Below the pieces are notes generated by a model. It saw nothing but the letters and a program-made list of their open reading frames with translations, was not told where the DNA came from and searched no databases. A stretch of DNA of 43,268 bases, filler included, from Jimgerdemannia flammicorona (taxonomy: Eukaryota), in NCBI GenBank assembly GCA_003990765.1. It is 2 parts of 2 records of this genome, joined end to end, with 100 filler letters (N's around TTAATTAATTAA, not from the genome) between each part and the next. Parts side by side here need not be neighbours in the genome. Positions count along the whole stretch, not along the records: positions 21,693 to 43,268 come from RBNJ01001425.1; 1 more part is not named here. One strand, given 5' to 3'. Position 1 is the first letter of the stretch, and each line of letters opens with the position of its first letter. Both the position numbers and the translations under genes were made by a program. Of this stretch, positions 24,771 to 37,156 are shown piece after piece.

Positions 24771-27250
24771 CTTGCACTCAGCCATTGCTTCTTGGCGTCA
24801 ACAATCTTGTATAGCTCGTTAGCGCATAAGAAATGCTCCAATTGGATAGGTCGCTTTGGCGTGGATGACTTTCATTTTGCGTCTGGAGAAAAGAGTGGAG
24901 ATTGGGACAGGATCAGCAAAGTCGATTTGGAAGACGAAATGTAATTTGACAGATTCATCAACGGTCATGATCTAAAATGGACTTCAGCATCGGAAGAAAC
25001 GTAGGAAACGCACGAAACATACCCAACCCAGTCTGCAAGATTAAATTCACGTACGCTGGAAGTAAAATGATGACCTCTCCCATACTACGCTACATTGGAT
25101 AAATAGATGATATACGAGCATGCGTTATGAGAGTTAGCAAAGGTCAACGAGGACAAACAAAAAATAACATGGCAAAATTAGAAATGGGGTAAATCTCACC
25201 TCCAGATCATTGACATAATGCACCTCATCAAAGATGACGAATTTCACGTCGCGGATCAGGTCCGCCCCGCGGTACAGCATCAAACGCAAAATCTCGATCG
25301 TTATGATCAAGCAGTTCACCTCGGGTCTGATCTGAACATCACCCGTCGGGATGCCGACATCTTCGCCAAATGTGTGCTTGAAGCCATGAAATTTTTATTA
25401 GACAGGGTTTTGAGAGGAGAGTTGTAGATAGCTCTGTGACAAGAAATAATAATAATGATAATTAGAATTACAAAGGAACTTTTGATACAATAATAGGAGG
25501 AATCAGTGTGCAAGAAACTCACTTAGCCATGAGCTTCTCGCTAATGTGATGGCATACTCGGCTACAATCACTTAACCTACCAAGGTGTGCACGGCGACGA
25601 AAACTGATCCCCCCATTTCCAGATGATATACAGCCTGCTTCTGAAACACGTCAAGCTCCAAAGTGTACTGTATCGTCACAATGATTAGGGGGAAATCAAA
25701 ATAGTTGTGGACATCGAATGAGAACATTGCTTCCAAACCACAGACTATATATATATTATCCATTCATCAACGACTCACTTCGCGCGCCATATCCGGCACG
25801 ACCTCGGGGAAATTGTCAAATCTCTCGTTAATATCGACCACTTGCGCCCATTCGCGCTTCCACTGCCATTCGTTCGGCACCGGCGATGTCCCTTGGCTTC
25901 GCTTGCTCAAGAAATGGTGGAGGGCTTTAATGGTTAGAACAGATAGACGCGTAAGTGCTAAGCAAGAGAGTGCCCTTAGTCGAGCTCAAAAATCAAGAGT
26001 GTGATAACCGGATAAAAAGAAATGGCAGAAGACCACTCACACACTTGGGTCAGAAGCAAGCTATCAACCTCCTTTTCGAGCGAATACTTTGGCGGGGGTG
26101 GAGTCGGTTCTATTAATGTGAACGGATCGATTTGAAATGACCGTTATAATGGAGCGAAATAGCAAAAATGGAGACAAGGCGCAATGAAGATGTCCATAGA
26201 CAACAGTCAAGCGAGAATGAAATGTAAAGGCTAGCCAAGCTCACCTGTATTGATCGGAACATGCTTCTCGGTAACCTATTAAATCATATTGACAGTGAGT
26301 TGATTTTCCAACGTTGATTTCGCTAGCTGTAATCCATTGCTCCGAAACAAGAATTCCGCAAGATGTCGACTATGCACTTCACCTACCCCACCTACCATCC
26401 CTTTTTTTCTTGCCATACGGAGCGGGTTACAGCAAGTCCAGCTCGAAATCATTGTCATATCTTTGATCAAAAGCAGAGAGATGGAGCTGGTATATCTGTG
26501 GTATGGACGAGCTGGTCATTCTCATCTAATCCAAAAGAATATGTTGTGTGAGTTTCTCGATTGGTATACCAACGACCTTTTTACTAGCATAAAAGAACCC
26601 CCAAGGGCAATTCTTGAGTACCGACCTTCAAAGATAAGCCCACGATCAAACCCTGGTGCCAATGTCAACAAACCCTTTACGATCAGAAAGAATCACCAAC
26701 GTTAGAACTAAGATATCCGTGCGTTATGATGCCTGCAGCGGCTGCGTATGTATCACCTACCGTCTTGGTCAAATAAGCCGACTTCAGCTTCCTTCGCAAG
26801 CCTATTCGCAACTTCATCTGCAGCGGCAACCATAACCTCGGATTCGACTGCTTGTGTTCGCATACGCGTATTCACCACGGCCTAGGGTTGGTGGCGTAGC
26901 GCCAGTCCATGCACCATTGTCGCATGCGCCATCTTTTGTATGCATCAATTGGCGTATCAGGTGAAGGAAGACGGGCGATGGAAGGCGGGCGATGGAAGAC
27001 GAGCGACAGAAGACAGGCGAAAGAAGACGGATAATTGCTTCAGCCTAATAGAAGCAATTTGTGCACCCATGATCTGTGTTAGCGCATAATTGATGCGCCA
27101 GTTTGGCGATACTTCAATCTCGGATGCGCCAGCTACCCTACCATGGCTAGAATCCCGCCTATCTCCTTGAAGCCCTCACGAGCTAGTTTTTGACGGCGAG
27201 GCTTCCCTTGCTGAATCTGATAGGGCAGGATCGGAAAGAATGGGTTCTTG
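24771..27250 (-). pseudogene. SKI2: SKI2 (superkiller DExH RNA helicase) 5'-part pseudogene with introns
   Basis: [67 protein letters not shown] (Walker A Lys is now a stop); [57 protein letters not shown]. Frameshifts, a MITE insertion, and no recognisable 3' half. The 5' boundary is approximate. Confidence 0.9.
26883..27140. mobile_element. 258-bp hAT-type MITE inserted in a SKI2 exon
   Basis: TIRs TAGGGTTGGTGGCG / CGCCAGCTACCCTA and an 8-bp TSD CCACGGCC / CCATGGCT (2 transitions). Removing it restores the frame EIGGILAVVNTRMRTQ... Confidence 0.85.
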
Positions 27251-27820
27251 AGCTGTCCCAACTCGTTGGGGATGATTTTATGGCATCGTACAAGGATAGT
27301 TACTTGATAGTTACTTGTCGGGAATCAGATTGTAGAGGTTGCCCAGTTGAAGCCTAAGAGGGTCAAGTCGGGGGAATCTCCGCCAAAACGATATGCTTGA
27401 GACAGAAATCGCCGCGGGTTACATTTCGGAAGAGGTTGATTGCAGGTTAAAGAGGTTGTTTGGGTTGAGCGTGCAGGAGTGGGCACAAGAAAAGGACAGG
27501 ACAATTCAGCTTGTTTTTCTTGGCTGGACTGGCTTCGAATTTTCTCGTTGTGCTTGGTGGCAGTTTGATCGCTCTAGAAGTGAAAACAACGCTCACCTCA
27601 ACATGGCCTATCGGAGGATTTTTCACCTTTGGATTTACTCCTCGTGTTTGGTGGCAGTGGCTATAGGGGCGACTCTGGAAGTGGGGGCGACCTTCGATTG
27701 GGTTTTGTTTTCGGCGGCATGTATATACGGGTAGTGGTAGTAGTTATTTGGTCGGCCTCTTAAAAGGGCAGGTCATGTCCCCAACGTCGCGTGATGTCAC
27801 CATTTTATTACCAATAAATT

Positions 27821-27900
27821 TTTGAAAGCACTGAATGCATTGGGCGGATAAGTACAGTTCATTAAATTTCTTTGAAGGCACTGAATGCATGGGGCGGATG
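27821..27900 (+). repeat. Short tandem duplication (TTGAA(A/G)GCACTGAATGCAT(T/G)GGGCGGAT x2, ~50-bp period)
   Basis: Read directly. Confidence 0.8.
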
Positions 27901-28417
27901 GAAAAAGGGGTGCAAAAGGTGTACGTGTAATAAATGGCAGGTATAAGAGAGCATACTTGCGTGACAGGCTGTTGAAGAGACTAGATTTAATTAGCTGTAA
28001 TAAAATGTTCAATCTATTCGAATGCGTAAGAGTCCTGTTTGAGATAAGCTGAAACATAGTGGCTTAGAGAATTTGGGCGGAGAGTGCACGTGCTTGAAAT
28101 TCAGCGAGACACGCTTATTTATGCAAGGGTTTTACGTGACTGCCACTTGAAACGCACTACGAATCGGGAAGGAGTATGTGAGCCTCTCGGAGCCCCACAG
28201 GCCACGCATGGACTTATGTGGAGGGCTCAAATTATTCCATTGTAGAAATCTTGTGGTAATAAAGCTCAGTCTTGAACTATACCATTCGGTGCACAATAGG
28301 TCGCTTTTTGGGCTTGGGCTCTCCCGGTCCTCTACGACACTTTACTTTTTGAATCCTTAGCAAACGCGTCGCCCTAGATGCTGCACACTCCACGTAATTA
28401 TTTTCTTTGTGGAACGG

Positions 28418-28489
28418 TGACGTTGCATAATTCGCAGGAGACGCGTATATACACGGCTATACTGACGTTGCATAATTCGCAGGAGACGC
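28418..28489 (+). repeat. Tandem duplication of TGACGTTGCATAATTCGCAGGAGACGC (27 bp, 45-bp period)
   Basis: Identical copies at 28418-28444 and 28463-28489. Confidence 0.85.
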
Positions 28490-28717
28490 ATACACCGCCA
28501 TACCAATCATATATAAAATATAATTATATCTGTCGATAATTTGCTGGGACGCCCTCACCGCCTTTTCCCTCGGCGTCAACCAAACACCTGTGTTGTTTAA
28601 GCTCTTCTACAATGGTATTTATAGTGCCGTAATGCTGGCTTTCGTCGTTCTTGCTTCTCTCAGGCAGTCCTTCATCGTTATCAGGGACGTTTGTCAGCAA
28701 CGGTTATGTTTTTGTAG

Positions 28718-30600
28718 TGCGCCTGCCAGTTGCTATCGCCACCGACAAGTCAGCGTTTGAAATCGCGTTTATCCCACACTGATCTATCAACACTACCCAC
28801 TGCAATTGGTCATTTCAAACATAGACACTCTTTGCCAGGTGTGCTGCCATCCAAGCTCAAAGAGTGCCGCAACTGGGCTCTCGACAAATTCACCGAATTG
28901 GCCATCGGGAGCAGAGTCTGGGCCGTGGGGGCGGCAAAGAGGGTGGTGTGTGATTTATTTTATTTTATTTTATTTTTATTTTGTAATTTTTTAATTTTTT
29001 TTATTTTTTTCTTTTTTCGTCTTCGCAGTGGGGGTGAGAATCGGATAACTGACATGTTTGTGGGCAACCTTCTCGTCTTCATATTCTCCGGTATTCAGGG
29101 ATCTCGGTGACACCTATTGGCTCTTCTCGAACAGCCTGTTCCGGTTGCTTGACTCACCAAATATGCGCTTGACCTCACTGACGGACGTGCAGGAGCGGTA
29201 TAAGGCGCTGGTCAAAGCCGAGATCAGGCGGTAGGCAGACAGATTTGAGGCGGGTGAGGGGCGAGCTGGCGATAAGAGCGAGCAGTGGGGATGAGAGGTA
29301 AGAGCGGCGCGAGAGGAGCAAAACGAAAACAACAATGGGATAAAGTTGGGGTTTGTGAGGGTCATGTTTTTTCTTGATGTAGGTTCGTAAAAAGGAAGTA
29401 GATGATTTAACACGCACAGTTATTGTTCCACAGAGGCAGCGAACGCCGCTGACCCAGACACCAATCCCTCTCTCTACCAAGTTCTTCCACTTAAATACTA
29501 CCCTGGGTATGCTCATGAGGCTTGTCACACTGGCCGCTTTTGATGTCAAGCATCGCGTGATGCTCCGAGCACAGTACGGCAGGAGGTCGGCGACCTCATC
29601 AAGCAGCTCGTCGAGGCTGTGCGCTTGATCTGAGGAAGGTTTGTATTTCATTGTCATTTTTCAGCCACCTATTTAGGAAGAATTTGGTTCTCAACCCCAT
29701 TCCTATCCTTCCATACAGTCCTTCGAGCTCTACATGGACGGCTGTCACACTTCGGTCCGCCCAACACTCAAATGCGTTGACAGCGTTGCGATGGCCTCGC
29801 AGGTCTCCTCAGGACATCGTGGACATGCACTACGACGGCATCACGTACGTCATTTCCAAGGCCGCTTGCTACCATCTCATCAGCAACCATAATGCCAGGG
29901 CCATGACCCTCTGCTTTTTAAGATCTTCTCAGCCTTCTTATAGGCTGTGCCTGAGGGGCGGAGGGATGCGGGAAAGATGTAAGTTTTGGTGTTATTTTAT
30001 TTTTTTTATTTTTTTTTTTTGGGAGGGAGGCTGGTGGGCATGAGACGTATTTGAGGATTGAGCTGTCGATAGGTGCTTGGTGGTGACAAAGTTATCGGGA
30101 TTGATATGTTGAGTTCGTTTCGGGTTTAACGTGCTTTATTCATCTTTTCATCGTAGATCAAAGCATCTCAAGGGTGCTATCCAAGAACACTTGATTAGCA
30201 TTTTGGAGGGATCAAAGGATTATTTGTACCTACAAACTAGAAGATCTTTACAATTCGGTAAGGATCTCTTTGTCATCGTGAGCACCCAAATAGAATATTT
30301 CCCTCTTTGACATGTTTATATCAATGATCACACTATTCATTCACAATCATGTTAAATGATCCCGCCTCCACCTCCCGATGCGCCGTGAATTGACCGCTGC
30401 TGTCAGCTTCGACGACGAAGAAAACGATGATGAGCCTGGTGCGGTGACGCCGGCCTGCGCCAAGTGTAAATCCATGGCCACCGGGACCTGGGAATCCGCG
30501 CGGTAGCTGCCCTTGGATGATGATGAGCAATGGTTTGTCAATAACCGCCGCGCGTTTAGGAACAAGTGGCTTGCACCCGGCACGGACTAGTTCGGTAAGT
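28718..30600 (+). pseudogene. Cohesin subunit SCC3/STAG (Irr1/Psc3), C-terminal fragment with introns
   Basis: SKLKECRNWALDKFTELAIG...AAKR | VFRDLGDTYWLF...TDVQERYKALVKAEIRR*ADRFE; LGMLMRLVTLAAFDVKH...AQYG-QEVGDLIKQLVE; SFELYMDG; QDIVDMHYDGITYVISKAACY. Order and motifs match my recollection of fungal STAG C-termini. Stops and frameshifts present. Confidence 0.65.
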
Positions 30601-30894
30601 GGAGGAAGCAATGCATCTTGCAGATCCAGGCGCGAGGAAGGATGGGACTGACGAGGGGTCGGATCCATGACTGAGAGGACAAAAGAGAATGAAAAAAGCA
30701 TGAAGGAAATGAAGAAAGATAAGGAGAGTGACGGAGAGAGGGATATGTAGTGATAATGTTGGCGGCGGGTTTATAACGAAGATGACAGAATACACATATT
30801 AGGGTTTGGAGTAATTAATGAAAATGAAACACATCATCTACAAACATTCCCCACGCCGTTATTCAACTTCACACCGCCACTGCAATCCACTCAG

Positions 30895-31660
30895 ATCATT
30901 GTCGAGGGCAAGCCGCCGGACTAGGAGCAACCACCCTCGCCTGAATGGCAGTTCGAAGCCAGATGTGTGCGTCTGTACGTCGACCTGTTTGACCCGTCAG
31001 GGTATGGTGTAGGGATCGGTACGAGGAGCACCCTTAGGGGTCAAGGCAAGGGAGCTGGAAAGGCTAGTAAGTATTCGAAGTAGAATCGTGCATAGAATGT
31101 TGAGATGAAATTTTAGAGGAGCATATTGGGCAAAAATATTCATTTCGATTTGTTTTTGTTGTACGTCTAGTTGGTCTATCAAAACAAGAAAACGAAACCC
31201 TTGACAAAGCTTATCTCGAAGACCCTGCCATCTGTCTCCTTTGCATCCTTGCCCTCGAACATTTCGCCGACTTCATCTCAGATCAGGTGACCACGAGACA
31301 TGCTCACATATCCTGGGTGTCTTACTCCAGTACATGATTATCGATCCCCGTCGAGCCAGTGCACCCAATGCTCCTCTAGTTAACCTACCAGGCTGATACC
31401 TGCTTCATTTAGGAGGTGCGTCACGCCAGTGTGTTGGGCCTCAAGTACACCGTTGCCATCCGCTGCGACCTCGTTGATGACCTTGGCGAGGGCACGGCCT
31501 GCGTGACCATGATGAAGACATCCGTGCCGTCAGCGTAGTCACTATGCTGCCCATCACAACCGACCGTGCAGCTGAGTCCCACCGAGCGCGTCAGGCAGAT
31601 GGTCTAGACTCTGTGGGGCTGTCTTGTCGATCTCAAGGACGATCTCTACTGGTGCATTTT
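30895..31660 (+). pseudogene. MOT1: MOT1/BTAF1 (TBP-associated Snf2 ATPase) internal HEAT-region fragment
   Basis: EWQFEARCVRLYVDLFDPS...GKGAGK | YLEDPAICLLCILALEHFADFISDQV...ETCSHILGVLLQYM; EVRHASVLGLKYTVAIR; DEDIRAVS...LPIT; TLWGCLVDLKDDL. Stops and frameshifts, and no ATPase domain. Confidence 0.85.
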
Positions 31661-34600
31661 GTACCTCTTCGCGCGGTTGTTCGAGTGTCCCGGCGAGACA
31701 GATCACATAGGGTCCACGCAATTCGTATTGCCGCCAGTACTAGATTCTAGGGTTCTGCCTTGACTCGACACTGTGCTCATCAAAGAAGCTCTAGATGGCC
31801 AAGGTAACGAAATAAAACCTGTTGACCGTTAACTGTTGGCTGTTATCTTGTGATACATGGAGCGCGCTGCCGCCCGTAAGGGCACGGGAATTTTGGTAGT
31901 ATTTCCGTTGCGCTCTTATCAGGTTCAGCAAGAATTGGTAATCATCCTGGAGTGCGGGATTATGGACATGTTCGTGGGCTTGTGGGAAGTATGTGGGGTG
32001 TTTGGGGGGCGGGCAGGGGGGGGAGAAAGGTCGAGACCTTGATTGCACAAGGCCTCATCTATGAGATGTATATATTGATTTGTCTCGTGGACTCTCATAT
32101 AATGCATATATTATTCAATGTTATAAAAAATATCTTATGAACTTAAAATGAAACCAGGTGCGTGATGGAGAGAGGTCTTTGATGAACAACAGGGCAATGT
32201 CTTATGGTCAAGGGGTTCCCTATGTTTCGGGATCTCGCTGCCGTGCAACATCAGACATTATTGAAAACACTGCACTTGATCTCTCATTTGAGGTTGCCAA
32301 AATGATCCGACTCGAGTGCGCCCGCAAAGCTTCCGTTACATCTGGCATCCAAATGGGTTGGACCTCAATACCAGTTCTCAAAATACGTGTGAGCGCAGCA
32401 GGGAACAAGGAACTCTGCCATGACTTGGAGTTTGCGGCACCCGCTGTGCCTCTTCGTTTTTTTTTTTTTTTTTGGTTTAACATATGTGCTCTTGTATTTC
32501 CGAACCAGCAAGTGTGTACCAACCCGACGTCAAAACAACCGGCATACTGAAAGTCTGCCACGGTGATCATCAATTTCGCACACAACGCTAAGAGAGCCAT
32601 TGCGGTTGCGGATGACGTCATTCTGGATATGTCGGAAATTATTGCCACGTGGCTATTGAATGTGACCTTGTTTAACCTGATAACCAACTCCCCCCCACGC
32701 TACTCTAATAACGGATAACACAGACAGTTGTCATTGTCATTGATTTGTATTTGGGCGAATGCATGCATGAGGAATGTTTCTGTCTCCAATGCATTGCACC
32801 AGCCAGTTCGATAAGAGCCCTACATGAAGTGTATCAGAGGGAGGTGGGAGGGTGTGAAAAACGTAAAAGCGTTGAAGTGAAAGCGAAAGAGAGATGTAGA
32901 ATTCAACATTGCTGCTGAAAATGCTCAAATGCTATGAATGGCATTTCATAATCCAGTGATCGACACGACATCCCTTTCAGGACCCCTCCAAATAATATTA
33001 TTTTGGCCAGGGTGTTTCTTGCACGGCAAATGAGCCACTTCGTGGTGTGCCTTTTAGCGAAAGAAGGGCATGTTGAGTAATTGAAATATTGTGCATTTAT
33101 TAATACTAACAATTGATGTGAACAGAAAACAGCTATGCAATTAAGTTGGAGCCAAACCGCAAAAAACTGAAAGCTGAAAGTGAGTGTAGAGGTGGCACGC
33201 ACCGTTTACGAGAAAGAGTGTATTTGTAGCCATATCAAACATGGTAGAATTAAAAATCGCACAACGTTTACCTTCCAAATATAATGAAAAGGATACTTTA
33301 AAAAGGGTACCCGGGGTATCCTTTCATTCTAATCTACTTAAACCCCTGAGCGAACTTGATATTACCCAACCTCGTTTTCAGAGCTTGCTTGGCCGTCACG
33401 CCCTTCTCGGCATGGGTAACACCGTTGACCTGAATGAGGATACGGATGTCGCGGAATGGATTGTCAATACATTGGGCTTCTGCCCGGAAATTCCACAGGA
33501 CCAATGTCCACCGTTTTGCCGTTCTTAATATTGAATGTCACCAACCACTTGTTGACGAGGGAGGTAGAGCTGAGGTTGGCGGGGTTGGTGAAGTCGAACT
33601 TTTCAGTGCCAGTCACGTTTCGTACTCTCCAGGCTGCGATTGGACACGTTGTTGGGTATAATGCCTACGCATAGCTAGGCATCATGGCTGACTGGTAGGG
33701 TTGACAATTCTTTTTACCCTCTCCCCACTCCTAAATACATTTATAACTTACGTTGAAGGCAGTATTCGTGGTGGTCAACAAAGCCATGCCAGCTGCAATG
33801 CTATGGCATCCACGTTCCTGTCGGTATTGGTACAGCTGTGGCCGGAACGCTCCATACGGAGGGAGCAGTGCGAGTGAAGATGTTGGAGCTTAGGACCATG
33901 GAGGTGTGTCCAGGGAGGTGGTGCCAAGTCTAAGAGTTCCGCAGGGAAGGAAGGAGCCCACGAATAACGACTGTTCTGGAAATATCCCCACATTGATAAG
34001 GGTTTAGTTATTTTATACGGAAAAATAACATTAATCCTCAGGGACCAAGGAGGTTATGCACAGACCTACGCGGGATCCTCATATAGCCAGATATTTTAGT
34101 AGGAAAATTGGTATAAATAAGAATATTTGAATATGTGGAATGAATTCAATTCAAAAATCTCGAATAAGCAGGATGCATTAGTAAGGATCGGATATCCAAG
34201 GAATCTACATACAATTAAGTCGCATTTCAAGCTCACCTGGCAGGTATAAAACACATTTCCTAAGGCATGGAACCCTCACAAGTGGCGTGGCGGATCATTC
34301 GTTCAGCCACAGATCGTGGCATCACACCTGAGGCCTGAGAGTCCCAGTGTGTAGGCGTAGCCCATGCATCCACACAAAAATTTTTTTTGTCCACCCCGCG
34401 AGTTTCTAATAATAATCCCCTCGGAAGCGCTGCCAACCCCAGTTTCCTGTGGTATAGGGTCGCTATATTGCTTCGTCGATTTCGGGCCTCATACTAAAGA
34501 ATCGATGAATGTATTTTATAGTGAATAATGGGTAGGTGGCAGTACGTAGAAGGAAAACGTCCGCGCTCCGCTGGTTTTATATAGCCGTTCCCTTCGCCCC

Positions 34601-36949
34601 GAACGTAGTCTCTCGGAGTTACATGGCGCACTTACGTATCTCATAGCGTTAGTTTGGGTCGCTGATATGCGCTCTCTCTTGAGCATTACGAAGCATCCGG
34701 GCGTGATAGGGAATTAGGGCGGGAGGCGGATGGGCGGAGGTGTTTGGCGCAAGAGATACTGTGATGGGCAAGGGAGATGATGAATGGGCGTACTGGTGGT
34801 CGTAGAGCCTGCATCAACTGATTGATCCAAACATACATACACAAAAACGATATAAGCAAAATAACTGGCAACGAAGGATTTCATAATATTTAATTACTCT
34901 CTCCACCCGTTTTTTACGCCAACCCGGGAAAAGGTCTCAAGTGCTCTGCCTGCTTTACCTTCTACTGCGCGTGCTTTGGTCATGGTGCGGTGCGGGTCTG
35001 CTGTCATTTTCTCTTGCGTGAGCATGTCTTTCCTGTTGGAGAGGTCCTCAAGAAACATGTAATTTGTGGCATGTGCTAATTGTAATGGATAAGGTGAAAG
35101 GATTCAACCATTAAAAACGATGGCCACCATTTTTGCCTTTCCCCCATTTTAACACGTACTCATCATGCCCGTACTTTGGAACAGGCATGCGAACATTTCG
35201 GCGGACGGCCATACTTGGAAACACTAACGTGGCACTGCTCGTATGCTGGGTCGTAAGTTGGTGTGGTGGCTTGGTGATGTTGTTGTGTGGGCTCCTGGAG
35301 CCAGCCAGGGTCGACGGTTCTGTGGAGTTGTAGGGTGGTAGTGGTATTTGCTCAATCCTTGAGAGGCCCACTCTTTTTGATGTTGTCTTTTTCGCACATG
35401 TTTCCTCCTTACCAGAATACGTTTGTGGGTGTTGCGGCATAGGCTTTAGTTCTGTATGTTCTAGAATTCCAGTTTTGAAGCCATTTTGATTGGATATACA
35501 GTGAAAATCTTAAAATAGGTGTAAGACATCTGCAAGGCTACAATCGCGTCTTGGTTTGATCCATTGAGTACAGCTCGACCGATACGAATGCCGAAGAAAA
35601 CTTTGCGGTCCAACACAGCGGGGGTACACTATAAAGGCTCCAATAGTGTTGTTTCCTATTGCCTTACAGACACATCGGTGCAGGTACCACCTTTGGGGAC
35701 TGCAACTTCAAAGTTCGGCAGGGGACAGGGATTCGCGATGTCCGGTGGGCAATTATGCCTAAAATTGATTTGAGACAGGTGAAATGCGGAAGAGGCTCGG
35801 TGAACTAAAGGACAGGATAGGAATGAAACATTGATCTAACGTTGATGTAATGGTCTTATGCCGAGTATTGCTCCAATTGAAATCGAGCAGATCAATATAA
35901 ATGACGTGATATTTTCAGAGCAGTCAATATTCATGGGTACCGTAGCATCTCCAAAAAAATAAGCGCCATGGTGGGGTGCCCGTCAGCTGCCTCTTGAAGC
36001 TCACATAATCGCCCACATAAATAAACCCCCCACAAACAAGCATAGTCGCAATGCGGAAGCCATGATATTTGTCTAAAGCACATAAGTAAACGAAAATCAG
36101 TACAATCCCGCCAACAACAAATTCGCAGTCAAGCTAAAAATAGTCCGTAATGGCTGAGTGTGACTGGGGACACTTTAGCTTCACATCAATTTGGTATGTA
36201 AGGTCCAATTTTGCTCGTCCGCATTAATACATAAGGCGTCCCAAATAGGAGGGGAAATGATTTATTTCTAGTGTGTGATATATGTTTCTGGGTGCTGATT
36301 GGGCACATTCAGGGTAACTTGACTAGATGCACCGTTCATTGCTCAACGAGAAGAGGTTATCATTTTTCTTCCAAGCTGGCGAGATCACGTGACTTTGACA
36401 AGCCATATGGCAAAATATATTCGCAATTGGAAACGCTTCCTTGGTTAGTTTTTTCAATGTGTGTTGACTTAAAAAAAAGCAAAAACCGTCACTGCTAATT
36501 TAATATGGACTCATTGCCAATGGCCACGTGACTGTGAGTGAGTTATGGTTTTGTAGTTGGCGATTTTTGGTTGGAACAGAGAACAAAAGCCATGACCTTT
36601 AATCAGTCAAGTAAACATTAAGATGTTAGTATATCGAGTAGAGATTTGTAAGAGAGGTGCAGACATTCCCAGGCACTTATGGATAACGGCAGAACCTTAG
36701 TTTTATTGTTAACCTGTACTAACTATGCCGAAGCAAAATTCAGTTGATGTTACCTATTTTTATTCAGTTACTATGTAACTGTACTTACAAAAACACGAAG
36801 GATTCGAATGCACTGTGTACAGAATTCACGTGACAGATCATTTCTAAGATAGGACGTGGTGATTTCGCGACAGAATGCTTAGTACTATGTGACACAAGTT
36901 ATGCCTGTGCTCAGAAATGTTGTACCAATATTTATTTAAGTGTATTTTA

Positions 36950-37052
36950 CTATGGGCCCCAATTCAAATAGGTGTAAACAAGAGGTTGAAATATGTGGCG
37001 TTTTTATTATAATTAAAGTTTTGTTTACGTCTATTTGAATTGGGACCCATAG
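36950..37052. mobile_element. 103-bp TA-flanked MITE (Tc1/mariner-type)
   Basis: Arms TACTATGGGCCCCAATTCAAATAGGTGTAAACAA / TTGTTTACGTCTATTTGAATTGGGACCCATAGTA (31/34 match, including the flanking TA). Confidence 0.85.
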
Positions 37053-37054
37053 TA

Positions 37055-37156
37055 CTATGCAACACAATTGAAATAGCCATAAACAAACCTATTTTATAAT
37101 AGATATATGTGACGACTTCGGTTTTGTTTATGGATATTTCAGTTTGTGTTGCATAG
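37055..37156. mobile_element. 102-bp TA-flanked MITE of a related family, sharing the TA at 37053-37054
   Basis: Arms CTATGCAACACAATTGAAATAGCCATAAACAAACC / GGTTTTGTTTATGGATATTTCAGTTTGTGTTGCATAG, with TA on both sides. Confidence 0.85.

Noticed and set aside
28418..28489. 27-bp direct repeat with an 18-bp spacer as a mini-CRISPR
   Set aside because: Only two copies, and the sequence after each copy is similar, so it is a simple tandem duplication.
30520..30575. QWFVNNRRAFRNKW resembling homeodomain helix 3
   Set aside because: No helices 1-2 upstream; it lies in the decayed tail of the STAG-like fragment.
24010..31760. Candidate Helitron 3' ends (CTAG with nearby hairpins at ~24020, ~28375, ~31745)
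   Set aside because: None shows a clean GC-rich hairpin ~10-12 nt before CTAG together with a matching 5' TC end.
31790..33240. Overlapping ORFs of 60-155 aa
   Set aside because: No recognisable motifs and no consistent exon chain.
33300..35750. Possible HET-domain-like spliced pseudogene on minus (YVWINQL, MIRHATCEG, YSWAPS)
   Set aside because: The motifs are short and scattered over broken frames. A tBLASTn or HMM search with PF06985 would be needed before calling it.
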